Shown here: one piece after another, positions 1 to 10,249 of the stretch
Position numbering within the stretch: the first letter of the stretch is position 1
Layout of the letters: every line of letters begins with the position of its first letter
Assembly (NCBI RefSeq): GCF_006345805.1
Contig: NW_021824438.1
Span: 1-21,660, forward strand
Direction: 5' to 3'
Length of the DNA stretch: 21,660 nucleotides
From: Octopus sinensis
Taxonomy: Eukaryota
The notes under the pieces: model-generated
What the model was told of the DNA's origin: nothing
Databases searched by the model: none
Seen by the model: the letters and a program-made list of their open reading frames with translations, nothing else
Translations under genes and position numbers: made by a program

Positions 1-250
1 TCCGTTGTCTGTCCTTGTTTGTCCTCTCTGTGTTTAGCCCCATGTGGGTAGTAAAGAAATAGGTATTTCGTTTGCCGTTATGTTTCTGAGTTCAAATTCC
101 ACCGAGGTCGACTTTGCCTTTCATCCTTTCGGGTCGATAAATTAAGTACCAGTTACGCACTGGGGTCGATATAATCGACTTAATCCGTCTGTCTGTCCTT
201 GTTTGTCCTCTCTGTGTTTAGCCCCTTGTGGGTAGTAAAGAAATAGGTAT
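1..250 (+). mobile_element. Nin-domain-type tRNA SINE, tandem units (partial)
   Basis: B-box-like GAGTTCAAATTCC followed by GTCGACTTTGCCTTTCATCCTTTCGGGTCGATAAATTAAGTACCAG, resembling the Nin/Deu SINE core. Bases 1-68 repeat at ~184-250. Homologous copies occur at 4939, 9125, 9300-9820, 10973 and 18672. Confidence 0.8.
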
Positions 251-282
251 TGTCGTAGTTGCAACCTTAACCTTCGGTTAAA

Positions 283-346
283 CAGCAGCAACAACAACTA
301 CAACAAGAACAACAACAACAACAACTACTACAATAACAACAACAAC
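283..346. repeat. (CAA)n microsatellite
   Basis: Imperfect CAA/CTA triplet run. Confidence 0.9.
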
Positions 347-689
347 CGGTCTGAAGATAACTTCTGAGATATTTATATACTTACAGCATTTAAAAATAAA
401 CATATTTTTCTATCCAGATCTAATACAGAGCACTCTATCTCAACATGTAGCAGTCATTAGTCACTTTATGTAACTTCCTGTATTGTCGGAATTTGAAACT
501 AGCCTTAATAAATCGTAAGGAGGAGATCATTTTACGTAAGTCGGTGCATTTATATTTGCCAGGCTCAATGTTTGGGGAAAGACAAGACAGCGGTGTTAAA
601 ATATGTTCACCCAGATTAATTAGCACCGTTGCATTGAGAACGGTTTCAAATGCGATATATGTTTTGAAAAAACAACCAACACATGCGCA

Positions 690-951
690 AGTGTGTGTGC
701 GTGTGTGTGTGTGTGGGTGTGTGTGCGTGTGTGTATGTGTGTATGTGTGTGTGTGTGTATGTGTGTGTGTGTGTGTGTGTCTTTGTACGTGTCTTTGTGT
801 GTGTGTGTGTGTGTGTATGTGTGTGTATGTGTGTATGTGTGTGTGTATGTGTGTGTGTGTGCGTGTGTGTGTGTGTGTGTGTATGTGTGTGTGTGTGTGT
901 GCGTGTGTGTGTGTGTGGTGTGTGTGTGTGTGTGTGTGTGTTTGTGTGTGT
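690..951. repeat. (TG)n microsatellite
   Basis: ~260 bp imperfect TG run; explains the HT/VC-rich ORFs. Confidence 0.97.
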
Positions 952-1002
952 AAAAATAAATACAATCTTCCTGGTGTAGCTCCACTGAACAGACTCAAGT
1001 TA

Positions 1003-1245
1003 CACAATTAACTTCCCATTGTTGGGTGGCCACAGTTAAGCGCAGTAGTCCAGTCGGTTGAGTACAAATGTCCTCCACAGAACCAGCAGAGGTTCCTGGT
1101 CCCTTGTCCTGAAATGGCCCACTCTTGCAAAGAGTTACTATTGTTGGAGACATATCCGGGTGTAGGAGGTTGGTCCGGGATTTTTTGAATAAATTTGTCC
1201 GGTGAACTTTTGAATTTTATGGGATCCGTTTCCGTCTGGACGTAT
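1003..1245 (-). mobile_element. 3' end fragment of CR1/L2-group LINE ORF2
   Basis: Minus-strand peptide FKSSPDKFIQKIPDQPPTPGYVSNNSNSLQEW resembles the FK..LD.FL..IPD.P..PGY...NSL C-terminus of invertebrate CR1-group ORF2. Confidence 0.6.
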
Positions 1246-1294
1246 TTTAGTATGGTATTATATGTTCGGCAATACAATTATCAGATATCTCTTT

Positions 1295-1510
1295 TCTCTT
1301 TTTACTTGTTTCAGTCATTTGACTGCGGCCATGCTGGAACACCGCCTTTAGTCGAGCAAATCGATCCCGGGACTTATTCTTTGTAAGCCCACTACTTATT
1401 CTATCGGTCTCTTTTGCCGAACCGCTAAGTGACGGGGACATAAACACACCAGCATTGGTTGTCAAGCAATGCTAGGGGGACAAACACAGACACACAAACA
1501 TACACACACA

Positions 1511-1583
<73 letters not shown>

Positions 1584-1868
1584 ACGGTAAGCTTTATGAC
1601 AATAGACAAAAGACGAAGGCAGGTTTACGGAAATAAACAAAAGACGAAGGCAGGTGGAATACAAACAAACAATTGTATTAGTATGGCGCTCAGGAAATAT
1701 AAATGAAACAAGTCTTTAACGTTTCGAGCCTACGCTCTTCAACAGAAAGATACACAGAGAAAAAAAAACACAGAAAGAAGGAGAGAAAAAAATATGCGTG
1801 CAAAAGGTAGCGAATCAACATATACGACGGGCTTCTTTCAATTTCCGTCTACCAAATCCACTCACAAG
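1295..1868 (-). mobile_element. SINE with internal (CA/TA)n, split by an insertion at 1583-1820
   Basis: 1300-1500 is homologous to 12242-12485. The element appears to resume at ~1821 (ATACGACGGGCTTCTTTCAATTTCCGTCTACCAAATCCACTCACAAG), based on recalled octopus repeat structure. Confidence 0.7.
1583..1820 (-). mobile_element. Penelope-like element terminal fragment with minimal hammerhead-like motif
   Basis: Near-identical reverse complement of 19672-19815. Contains TCTTT-CTGTTGA-A-GAGC-GTAG-GCTC-GAAACGTT-AAAGA at 1750-1713. Internal duplication of ACAAAAGACGAAGGCAGGT. Confidence 0.6.
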
Positions 1869-2130
1869 ATTTGTTACATATGATTAATTTTGAGGATCTG
1901 ATCAAAGATTTTGTAACTATAAAAAGTAAGAGAAAACTTTTCAAATATGAATAAAGTGGAAGTATGCAAAAAATCAACAATATTTTCCATCTTATTGTTA
2001 GTTTTGTTTCATTTTGAAATGCTAAACGTTATTTTATGGTCTGTTGTTGTTTTTATAATTTGAATTACATGTATATGGGGGCACGAAAGTCTTTTAAGTG
2101 CTCAGCCTCTATGAGTGTTAATCTGGCCCC
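1868..2130 (+). mobile_element. hAT (Tip100/Zaphod-like) transposon 3' end
   Basis: 1868-1954 translates DLLHMINFEDLIKDFVTIKSKRKLFKYE*, matching the end of hAT dimerisation domains. The segment ends in TTAATCTGGCCCC, resembling the ...TAATCCGGCCCTG terminus of this group. Confidence 0.65.
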
Positions 2131-2175
2131 GTGTGTATGTGTGTAGATAGAAAGACGGACCGTAAGGTAGAGTCA

Positions 2176-2195
2176 AACAGACAGACAGATAGATG

Positions 2196-2245
<50 letters not shown>

Positions 2246-2302
2246 GACAGACAGATAGATAGATAGATAATAGATAGATAGGTAGGTAGACAGACAGACA
2301 GA
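2176..2302. repeat. (GATA/GACA)n microsatellite
   Basis: Tetranucleotide run. Confidence 0.95.
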
Positions 2303-2551
2303 CGTAAAGATGGATAGCGGTAAGTGGGGAGGGAGGGAGAGGAGACAGAAAAATTCTGAAGACTATATTTATATATGTTTCAGTATGTGAAGAGTTACCG
2401 AGTTGTCAGTATCTCCATGACAGTAATTCAGTTAAATCGCTTCATAATTTAGATTCATTAGATTCAGTTTCAAACTTTGCCCGTATTTTGCAGGAATTCT
2501 TCTAATTATATTTATGTAATTTTAAGTCTTATAAGGTTTCTTTCTCTTTTC

Positions 2552-2574
2552 ATTATATTATTATATTATTATTA

Positions 2575-2620
<46 letters not shown>

Positions 2621-2696
2621 GAGTGAGAGAGCAGTTCACGCCATCAATTATTATTATTATTATTATTATATTATTATTATTATTATTATTATTATT
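2552..2696. repeat. (TAT)n microsatellite containing a ~28 bp LINE 3'-end remnant (2619-2646, minus strand)
   Basis: TTGAGTGAGAGAGCAGTTCACGCCATCAA is the near reverse complement of the end of the 18072-18588 element. Confidence 0.85.
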
Positions 2697-2944
2697 GTGC
2701 TGCGTTTTCTTGGGTTTCAATCTTTTAAACCTGTTCTGAGAGTTGAGAAGCTTCTTTTCCAAAGATATGCTGTATGAATATTCGAATGGAATTGTCTGTC
2801 TTCCTTCCTGTATTCTTTATTTTTCTTTTTCTCTTTCTTTACGTATACATGTGTACACACTCACATATACACATGTACACATAGCAGGGTGGCTCAAAAG
2901 TAGGTTTGCGGTTATTCAACTATCTCTTTTGCATTCATATATTA

Positions 2945-3360
2945 AGTTAGTTTTGGCTCAAAAAGCAAAAAGCAAGGCCATGTAGGGGGACATGGAGTTA
3001 TGTACAGGGTGGTGTTCATGTAAAGAGTTCAGGCCACTTGAGGTCAAGGGAGACTTTGAACAAAGCGGTCGTCGGCATCTTCACCATCTCGTCTGGCAGC
3101 TTGTTCCACAGATCCGCAACCCGGACGGAGAAAGCCCCTCTCCTTCGATTGAGATGAAATCATCGCAGATAGAGCTTTTCGGAGTGACCCCGCAGCCGAC
3201 ATTCTGGAGCAGGAGTGAAGAACAGCTCTTTCGAGAGGTTACACTTTCCGCTTATGATGTTGTGAGCGAGAATGAGATCACCACGGCGGCGGCGTTTTTC
3301 TAGAGAATAAAGGTCGAGCATCTTCAGCCTTTCTTCATAAGACAAATTCTTGAGACCATG
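2945..3360 (-). mobile_element. CR1-clade LINE 3' fragment (degenerate ORF2 C-terminus plus 3' UTR)
   Basis: SYEERLKMLDLYSLEKRRRRGDLI...LRGHSEKL...FSVRVADLWNKLP...FKVSLD are typical CR1 C-terminal motifs. In-frame stop at 3160-3162, terminal stop at 3016-3018; 5'-truncated. Confidence 0.9.
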
Positions 3361-3831
3361 ATAGATAGACAGACAGACGTAAAGATGGATAGCGGAAAGT
3401 GAGGGAGGGATTAATTAACAGTTTAGATCTTAATTATAAAAAAAAATATGGAACCATTATTCTATGCTAATTCAGTTAATTGCATCAAGCTCATTTTTCA
3501 GTTTGTAAGATAGAAATTTAAATGTAATAAAATGCTTTGAAAGAAATCTATAGTGCCTACGTGATAACTGTAAACCTAATTTTGAGCCATCTTGTATAAT
3601 CTTACATCTATACGAATATACATACATAAACTTTTCCAGAAGGTTATCGTTTAAATATATATGAGCATTTCTAAATATGAACCTATATGCATGAGAATAG
3701 ATACGTAAAACATACAAATCTGCATGCATACATACATAAAGTCAAAAATACCCTGTTTTTGATGTTGAAATTCCAATGAAGGAGCCTTGGATCTAGGGTT
3801 AGAAACCGGTTTTTTCTCTATTGGCAAGACA

Positions 3832-4223
3832 TTTTTATATATATAAAGCTGAAGTTGTCTGTGTATGGCAGGTTTTGTAGCCTTCAACTAACACTATCTC
3901 CTCCGAGATCCTGCGGCGCAAGTTGACCAAAATTGAGAGTATGATATAAGAAGGCTTGCTCTTCCTTCCGTAGAAGATAAAATTCAAATCGGACCATGTT
4001 AGCACCAAACATTATTTACATCAAAAATGTGCTTTTTTTCTATGAAAATACCTATTTTTTACGATTTTTTGACTGCTGTGTCGCCATTTTTCGGTGTATT
4101 TCAACCAGAAAGATGTTCACTTAAAGAGAATAACATGCTACATAATATAAAATTTTTACTTTTCAAAAATTCCAATTCTAAAGGGTCGAAACAAACCCGA
4201 GCAACGCCGGGCGATACTGCTAG
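3832..4223 (+). mobile_element. Non-autonomous Helitron
   Basis: Lies between A and T. The 3' end has a GC-rich hairpin CCCGAGCAACGCCGGG followed by CTAG (4220-4223). Both termini are shared with 20966-21364. Confidence 0.75.
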
Positions 4224-4267
4224 TCTTAAGATAAACTGAATAATCTTTTCTACTCTAGGCACAAGGC

Positions 4268-4510
4268 GAACCCTGCCCCACTCTTTCACCACAACTTTCT
4301 CTCACTCTTTCTTCATGTTTCTATTGTACATGTATTTCAAAGGGGCCAGCCTTTTCACACTCTGTGTCACGCTGAATCTCCCCCTAGAACTACGTTAAGG
4401 TTACACGTGTCTGTAGAGTGCTCAGCCACTCGCACCCTAATTTCAGGAGCAGGCTGTTCCGTTGATCGGATCAACTGGAACCCTCGTCGTCGCAACCGAC
4501 GAAATGCAAC
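4268..4510 (+). mobile_element. 5'-truncated OR-like SINE (body plus tail type A)
   Basis: ACTCTTTCACCACAACTTTCTCTCACTCTTTCTTC is shared with the SINEs at 6537 and 11530, then the sequence diverges. Confidence 0.7.
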
Positions 4511-4869
4511 GGAGTTATATATATGCAGCTTGGTTTTGTCTTTAGTGCCTTTCCCAAATTGCTATTCGCATACCCACGCAAACAGACACACAATACATTG
4601 TATTGCTTTATATCTGATTTTTCTTTGTCATTTTACTGAGCACTCCTACTAATTGCGTCGCACAATGGAAGTATTTTCAATATAATTGCGAAATAGCTTT
4701 CCCTATAATTATAATAACATCTCATTCCTGTAATTTAATTGCAAATGCTATTTATAATCTTAATTTAGTTGAATCGAGCGCGTTTGAAAATTCTTGTCTA
4801 CTAGTGTTCGTAATAAATCGGCTATTACGGTATAGCTTCCGTTTCTTTGCTACAGGGTGTATAAAAAGT

Positions 4870-4908
<39 letters not shown>

Positions 4909-4938
4909 TAATCTCATTATAGATTCGCAGTCGAAGGC

Positions 4939-5150
4939 CGTAAGCTGACAGCATCGTTAGCACACTGGACGAAATGGTTAGGGTTTTTCGCCCGTCGCTA
5001 CGTTCCGAGTTCAAATACCACCGTGGTCGACTTTGCCTTTCATCCTTTCGGCGTCGATAAAATAAGTACCAGTTGAACACTGGGGTCGATGCAATCGACT
5101 CATCCCCTCCATCAAAATGGCTGCCCTTGTGACAAAATATGAAACCATTA
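4939..5150 (+). mobile_element. Near full-length Nin-domain SINE with ~24 bp TSD
   Basis: tRNA-like head plus Nin-like core, flanked by CATTATAGATTCGC(A/T)GTCGAAGGC at 4915-4938 and 5146-5169. Confidence 0.85.
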
Positions 5151-5151
5151 T

Positions 5152-5995
5152 AGATTCGCTGTCGAAGGCACCGCATGTTTGCGCACGCTTATGAACATCT
5201 GACCTCTAGAAACAGTTTAGTCTGGAGAAGGAGTGTGTTATTTGGTTATTTTATTATGTAGTAGGATTCTTATTTCGAGATGTCTTTTTGTATTATCTAC
5301 TTCCCATTAACACACACAACTAAATTTCTTCATGTCTCCGCTGATGAAGGTATCACATATTCGTGCATTCCTATAGATCTGGACCATATTTTGAGATGGC
5401 TCCTTATATTAGCTGTACGTAACCTACATACAAAGACACACGAACACACACGTCGCGAGCACACATATACATACACACAGACACAACTAAATTGCTTTGT
5501 CTCCGCTGATGAAGGTATCACATATCCGTGTATTTCTATAGAATAGATCTGGATCATATTTTGAGATGGCTCCTTATATCAGCTGTACCTAACCTAAATA
5601 CAAAAACAAACGAACACACACGACGCGAGCACACACATACATACGTACAAACAAATAAATTTCTTTATGTCTCCGCTGATGAAGGCATCACATATTCGTA
5701 CACTTCTGTATACCTGAATCATATTTTCAGAAGGCTCCTTATATTAGCTGTACGCACCCCATATACAAACACAGACGGATACACACACGATACATACTCC
5801 CTCCCACACAAACACAAACAAACAAAAATTCTTTATGCCTCCGCTGATGAAGGCATCACATATCCGTTTGCTTCTACAAAAGTCTGACGGCTAGAAATGC
5901 ATTTGTGTCCGGAAACAGAATATTTATTTTTCCTATATCAGTATGTAGCCTGGATTGTTTTTCGAGATGGCTCCTTATATTAGCGGTACCTCCCA
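5152..5995 (+). repeat. Five-unit tandem array, period ~165-185 bp, with conserved CTCCGCTGATGAAGG core and AC-rich spacers
   Basis: CTGATGA at 5341, 5506, 5676 and 5844 (spacing 165/170/168), plus a degenerate first unit CTGTCGAAGG at 5159. Second conserved block GAGATGGCTCCTTATATTAGC. Confidence 0.9.
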
Positions 5996-6404
5996 CCGCA
6001 TAAAAACACCCCCACACACATCATTGTATTATTATTGTTCTAAATCTGAAATAATTTTATATCAATTTTATTCATGGCCTCTCTCTAATTATTTTACTTT
6101 TCACAAAAGAAATGCTTTTCAAAAGTACAATTAACACACAGTAATATACATGTGTGCGTATGTGTCTGTAGATGTGTGTGTGTTTGTTTGTGTGTGTGTG
6201 TGTGTGTTTGTTTGTGTGTGTGTGTGTGTGTGTGAAATATCGATATGAAGTGTACTTTTCGTATCATTGTTATTGAATTTGTTGTTGTTGTTGTTGTTGT
6301 TTTTTGGTGTTGTATATGAGACACAGTAACCTACCAACACACCACCACTACAACAACCGACACCTGTACGTCCACCACTGCTACAACCATTCATTAAACA
6401 ATTA

Positions 6405-6454
6405 CCATCACCACTACCACCACCACCACTACCGCCACCACCACCACCACCACC

Positions 6455-6499
<45 letters not shown>
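6405..6499. repeat. Compound (CAC)n(TAC)n microsatellite
   Basis: Direct observation. Confidence 0.95.
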
Positions 6500-6536
6500 G
6501 ACTTCACTATCACAAACGCGACTGCAACAGCCGACA

Positions 6537-7072
6537 GTGGAGGCGCAATGGCCCAGTGTTTAGGGCAGCGGACTCGCGGTCGTAAGAACGCAGTTTCGAT
6601 TCCCGGACAGGGTATTGTGAGTGTTTATTGAGCAAAAACACCTAAGCTCCACGAGGCTCCGGCTAGGTAGGTGTAGTGAACCCCGCTGTACTCTTTCACC
6701 ACAACTTTCTCTCACTCTTTCTTCCTATTTCTGCCACAAAGCAAAGGAACCATGGTGTAACCCACTATGTTGTGGTAAACTTTCAGACCCTAGTCTAGAT
6801 TGCGAATCCTCTGTACCCCAGGATGGTTCAGCTCTCCACCCGTTAAAAGCCACCGTTTACGGAATGCGGATAACAACGTAGCTTTCGCACCCGTGCAACT
6901 GCCAGTCTATCGCGTGTGGTGGGTGGATCTTGAAGTTGCCACACGCATTCTTCGTAGCTTAGAGTAGGTTGAAATTAGAGATTATTCTTTGTGGCTAATG
7001 GCGTGAGTCCTGATTGGAAGAAGAAGAAGAAGAAGAAGAAGAAGAAGAAGAAGAAGAAGAAGAAGAAGAAGA
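6537..7072 (+). mobile_element. tRNA-Arg-derived SINE (OR-like) with tail type B ending in (GAA)n
   Basis: A-box TGGCCCAGTG, anticodon-like CTCGCG and B-box-like GTTTCGATTCC. TSD AACAGCCG at 6526-6533 and 7073-7080. Confidence 0.8.
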
Positions 7073-7566
7073 AACAGCCGCCTGTACTACTAGAGCCAGT
7101 ACTGCTGCGTTTGTCACCTCTCAAACTGCTACAGCCAACACGCACCTCTCATCTTGAAAAATGCAGCAACCGCAAAGAAAACAGAGTGACTCAGTAAATG
7201 CTAAAGGATTTCTTCTGACTCGTGTGCGCACTTAGCAGAGTCACGAAGCTCGAGTCATTTGCAAGCAATGAAACTTGCTCCCTGGTCATGTTTCAGGCTG
7301 CCTTATGCCCTTAATCCCTCCCTTCAAGACCCTGAAAAGGGTCATCGACAATGCCTCTCCCTCCTGATGCGATGATAAAAAAACAAAAACAACGCTCGGT
7401 TTCTCTTAAAAAGGGTCAGGGAAAAAACGAAGAAGTTTTTATGTGGTTACTTCGTCGGCTAGAAATAACAGCTAAATGTAGTCTAACTGACCTGGAGTGT
7501 CTGAATGAAATGATACATAGGATAATGTAATCCGGGGTAAACAATAAACAAACAAAAAAGAAATTA

Positions 7567-7577
7567 AAGATGGCGGC
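7567..7577 (+). promoter_or_regulatory. YY1-type motif AAGATGGCGGC in a small CpG-rich patch
   Basis: Exact match to the YY1 consensus. Function is unverified. Confidence 0.3.
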
Positions 7578-7607
7578 GTGTAGGCGCCGACGTGTGAGTA
7601 ATGGCGC

Positions 7608-7789
7608 TCTCACTCACTCACTCTCTCAGTCTCATGTCTGTCTGTCTGTCAGTGTCTTCTGTTTGGCTGTCTCCCTTCCTCTGTCTATCTGTCTGTCTCT
7701 CACTCTCTTTCTTTCTTTCTTTCTTTCTTTCTCTCTCTCTTCCTCATGTCTGTCAGTCAGTCTGTCGTCTGCTTGTCTGTCTCCCTTTC

Positions 7790-7844
<55 letters not shown>

Positions 7845-8780
7845 GCCTCATGTCTGTCAGTCTGTCGTCTGCTTGTCTGTCTCCCTTTTTCTGTTTGTCT
7901 ATCTCTCTCTCTCCTTCTCCCCTCTGTCTCTCAAACAAACACATACATTTTATGTTTCTATCTCTGTCCAAATTTCTCTGTTTCTTTCTCTGTCTCTCCC
8001 TCTCTAATTTTCTCTCTGTTTCCTTTCTGTCTGTCTCCCTCTCTCTCTATCTCTCCCTCGAGTTTGTCTATCAATCTCTCTTCTGCTAGTCTGTCCGTCA
8101 CCTCTTCCATTCCCCTCCCCTCCCATCCCTATCTCTTTCTAAACCCCCTCTCTCGGTCTCCCTCTCCTCCCCCTCTCTGTCTCCCTCTCCACCCCCTCTC
8201 TCGGTCTTCCCCATCCTCCCTCTCTCTGTCTCCCTCTCCTACCCCCTCTCTCTCTTCCTCTCTTTGTCTCCCTCTCCTCCCCCTCTCTGTCTCCCTCTCC
8301 ACTACCTCTCTCGGTCTCCCCTCCTCCCCCTCTCTGTCTCCCTCTCCACCCCCTTTCTCTGTCTCCCCCTCCTCCCTCTCTCTGTCTCCCTCTCCTACCC
8401 CCCCTCTCTCTCTCTTCTCTCTCTCTGTCTCCCTCTCCTCCCCCTCTCTCTGTCTCCCTCTCCACCACCTCTCTCGGTCTCCCCCTCCTCCCCCTCTCTG
8501 TCTCCCTCTCCACTCCCTTTCTCGGTCTCCCCCTCCTCCTCCCTCTCTCTCTTTCTGCCTCTCCTACCCCTTCTCTCTCTCTTCCTCTCTCTGTCTCCCT
8601 CTCCTCCCCCTCTGAAGTGACACGGTTCTCATATGAGGTGGATGACATTGACAAGCAGTCCACAATGAAGCAAAGTCTCGGCGACACCCTCTCTACCATA
8701 CACTCTCTCTGACCAATCCCCTCTCTCTTCCCTCTCTTCTCCCTCTCTCTCTCTTCCCTCTCTCCTCCCTCTCTCGCCCT
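7608..8780. repeat. ~1.1 kb polypyrimidine (CT-rich) low-complexity tract / minisatellite
   Basis: Recurrent TCTCTGTCTCCCTCTCC and CTCTCGGTCTCCC units, interrupted by a unique ~90 bp island at ~8612-8700. Confidence 0.93.
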
Positions 8781-9124
8781 CCGGTGATGAAAATGTGTGT
8801 GGTGGTGGTGGTGGTGGTGGTGGTGGGTTCGGTTGCCAAAGCTTTTGTGCTCCTCTCATAAAATCCAGTAACACCTCACGACAAAGGAAGGTATTACCAT
8901 GTTGCTGGGTGTTGCAGTAATTGAAGGAATGGCTGTTGTTGATGATAATGATGTTGATGTCGTTGTTGTTGTTGTTGTTGTTGTTGTTCCCCATTGCAGT
9001 TAATATAAAAAAAATTTTGATTAATGTCTCCCACTTATTTTCAAAAAAGCAGACGTTAAATTTTAAGGAATTTTTTTTATTCGTCCGACCAGAGAATATT
9101 TGCGCGTAGAGTTTACACTTCGCA

Positions 9125-9290
9125 GTATTTCGCCCGCCTTTACGTTCTGAGTTCAAATTCTGCCGAGGTCGACTTTCCCTTCAATCATTTCGGGGTCGAT
9201 AATATAAGAACCAGTTACATTGATGTAATTGACTTACCTCCTTCCCCGAAATTACTGGCCTTGTGCCAAAATTTGAAATCATTATTATTA
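9125..9290 (+). mobile_element. Nin-domain SINE
   Basis: GTTCTGAGTTCAAATTCTGCCGAGGTCGACTTT core and (ATT)n tail. Confidence 0.8.
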
Positions 9291-9291
9291 A

Positions 9292-9820
9292 TAATAATCC
9301 TTTCTACTATAGGCACAAGGCCCTAGTACGTAACTGGTACTTAATTTATCGACTTCGAAAGGATGAAAGGCAAAGTCGACCCCGGAGGAATTTGAACTCA
9401 GAAAATGCCTATTTCTTTACTACCCACAAGGGGCTAAACACAGAGAGGACAAACAAGGACAAACAAACGGATTAAGTCGATTATCTGGACCCCAGTGCGT
9501 AACTGGTACTTATTTAATCGACCCCGAAAGGATGAAAGGCAAAGTCGACCTCGGCGGAATTTGAACTCAGAACGTAGCGGCAGACGAAATACCTATTTCT
9601 TTATTACCCATAAGGGGCTAAACACAGGGAGGACAAACAAGGACAGACACACGGATTAAGTCGATTACATCAACTCTCCAGTGCGTAACTGGTACTTAAT
9701 TTATCAACCCCGAAAGAATGAAAGGCAAAGTCGACCTTGGCGGAATTTGAACTCAGAACGTAACGGCAGACGAAATACGGCCACCCATTTCGCCCGGCGT
9801 GCTAACGTTTCTGTCAGCTT
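9292..9820 (-). mobile_element. Tandem multimer (three cores) of Nin-domain SINE
   Basis: GATGAAAGGCAAAGTCGACC-like cores at ~9362, ~9531 and ~9717; the ~185 bp unit matches 1-250. Confidence 0.85.
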
Positions 9821-10249
9821 ATAGCTAATAATAAAGCAATAATTCTGTCTACTTATTATTATGATAATAATCAGTTAATTACTTAGTTAATTAGTTAATT
9901 TGTTGATACTAGCCGCGAGCGGTAACATTTCGCAGAGCATTGCACAAAATATATATCCTTAAACTACCATATTAAAATATTGTTTTGTTCTTTTCACCAT
10001 CTAAGTGCTTGAGAACATTTAAATGTCTTCCACTCGTGAACTGGGACAAAGGAAAAGGATGCCTCTAGATGTTTTAAACTGTTTACACATGGTTGACAAA
10101 TATCTAGTTGAAACATTTACATATGTTGCAAGATGGCTGCCCTAGAAATGGCAGGGAGAAGGGATCACCGTAGTGGTCGTAACGGAACAAATATGTGCCC
10201 CGCAAATATTTTCGAGATAGTTGTACCTGGGACCAAACACGATCCTTGG

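Noticed and set aside
418-535. Plus-strand exon-like segment (TTTTTCTATCCAG| ... TAC|GTAAGT)
   Set aside because: The splice-like signals are good, but all three frames contain stops, so it cannot be supported as a coding exon.
435-1011. Long ORFs of 172-190 aa
   Set aside because: Mostly translated (TG)n repeat, and the non-repeat part has no recognisable domain.
2884-2915. Tc1/mariner-like TIR start (CAGGGTGGCTCAAAAGTAGGTTT); similar at ~20677
   Set aside because: No matching second TIR or coding remnant was found, so it is too short to call.
3770-3812. Additional hammerhead-like motif (CAATGAAGG...GAAACC); similar hint at 19100-19175
   Set aside because: The core is too degenerate and stems I and III cannot be formed.
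5841-5890. C/D box snoRNA or SECIS reading of UGAUGA...CUGA
   Set aside because: The C-to-D distance is only ~40 nt, the k-turn bulge spacing is wrong, the D box is not conserved in all units, and no full SECIS stem forms.
5330-5995. CRISPR-like repeat-spacer array
   Set aside because: Eukaryotic context, repeats of ~85 bp, spacers that are low-complexity and related to each other, and no cas genes.
6537-6612. tRNA-Arg gene (also 11530 and 16225)
   Set aside because: The acceptor stem is degenerate and the sequence continues into a SINE body, with TSDs at 6537 and 11530; these are SINE heads.
7570-8699. Ser/Leu/Pro- or Arg/Glu/Gly-rich ORFs up to 289 aa
   Set aside because: Artefacts of a CT-rich tract that lacks stop codons.
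8890-9000. Poly-Q/His minus-strand frame resembling a transcription-factor exon
   Set aside because: Derived from a (CAA)n repeat, with no convincing acceptor, a weak donor and no domain.
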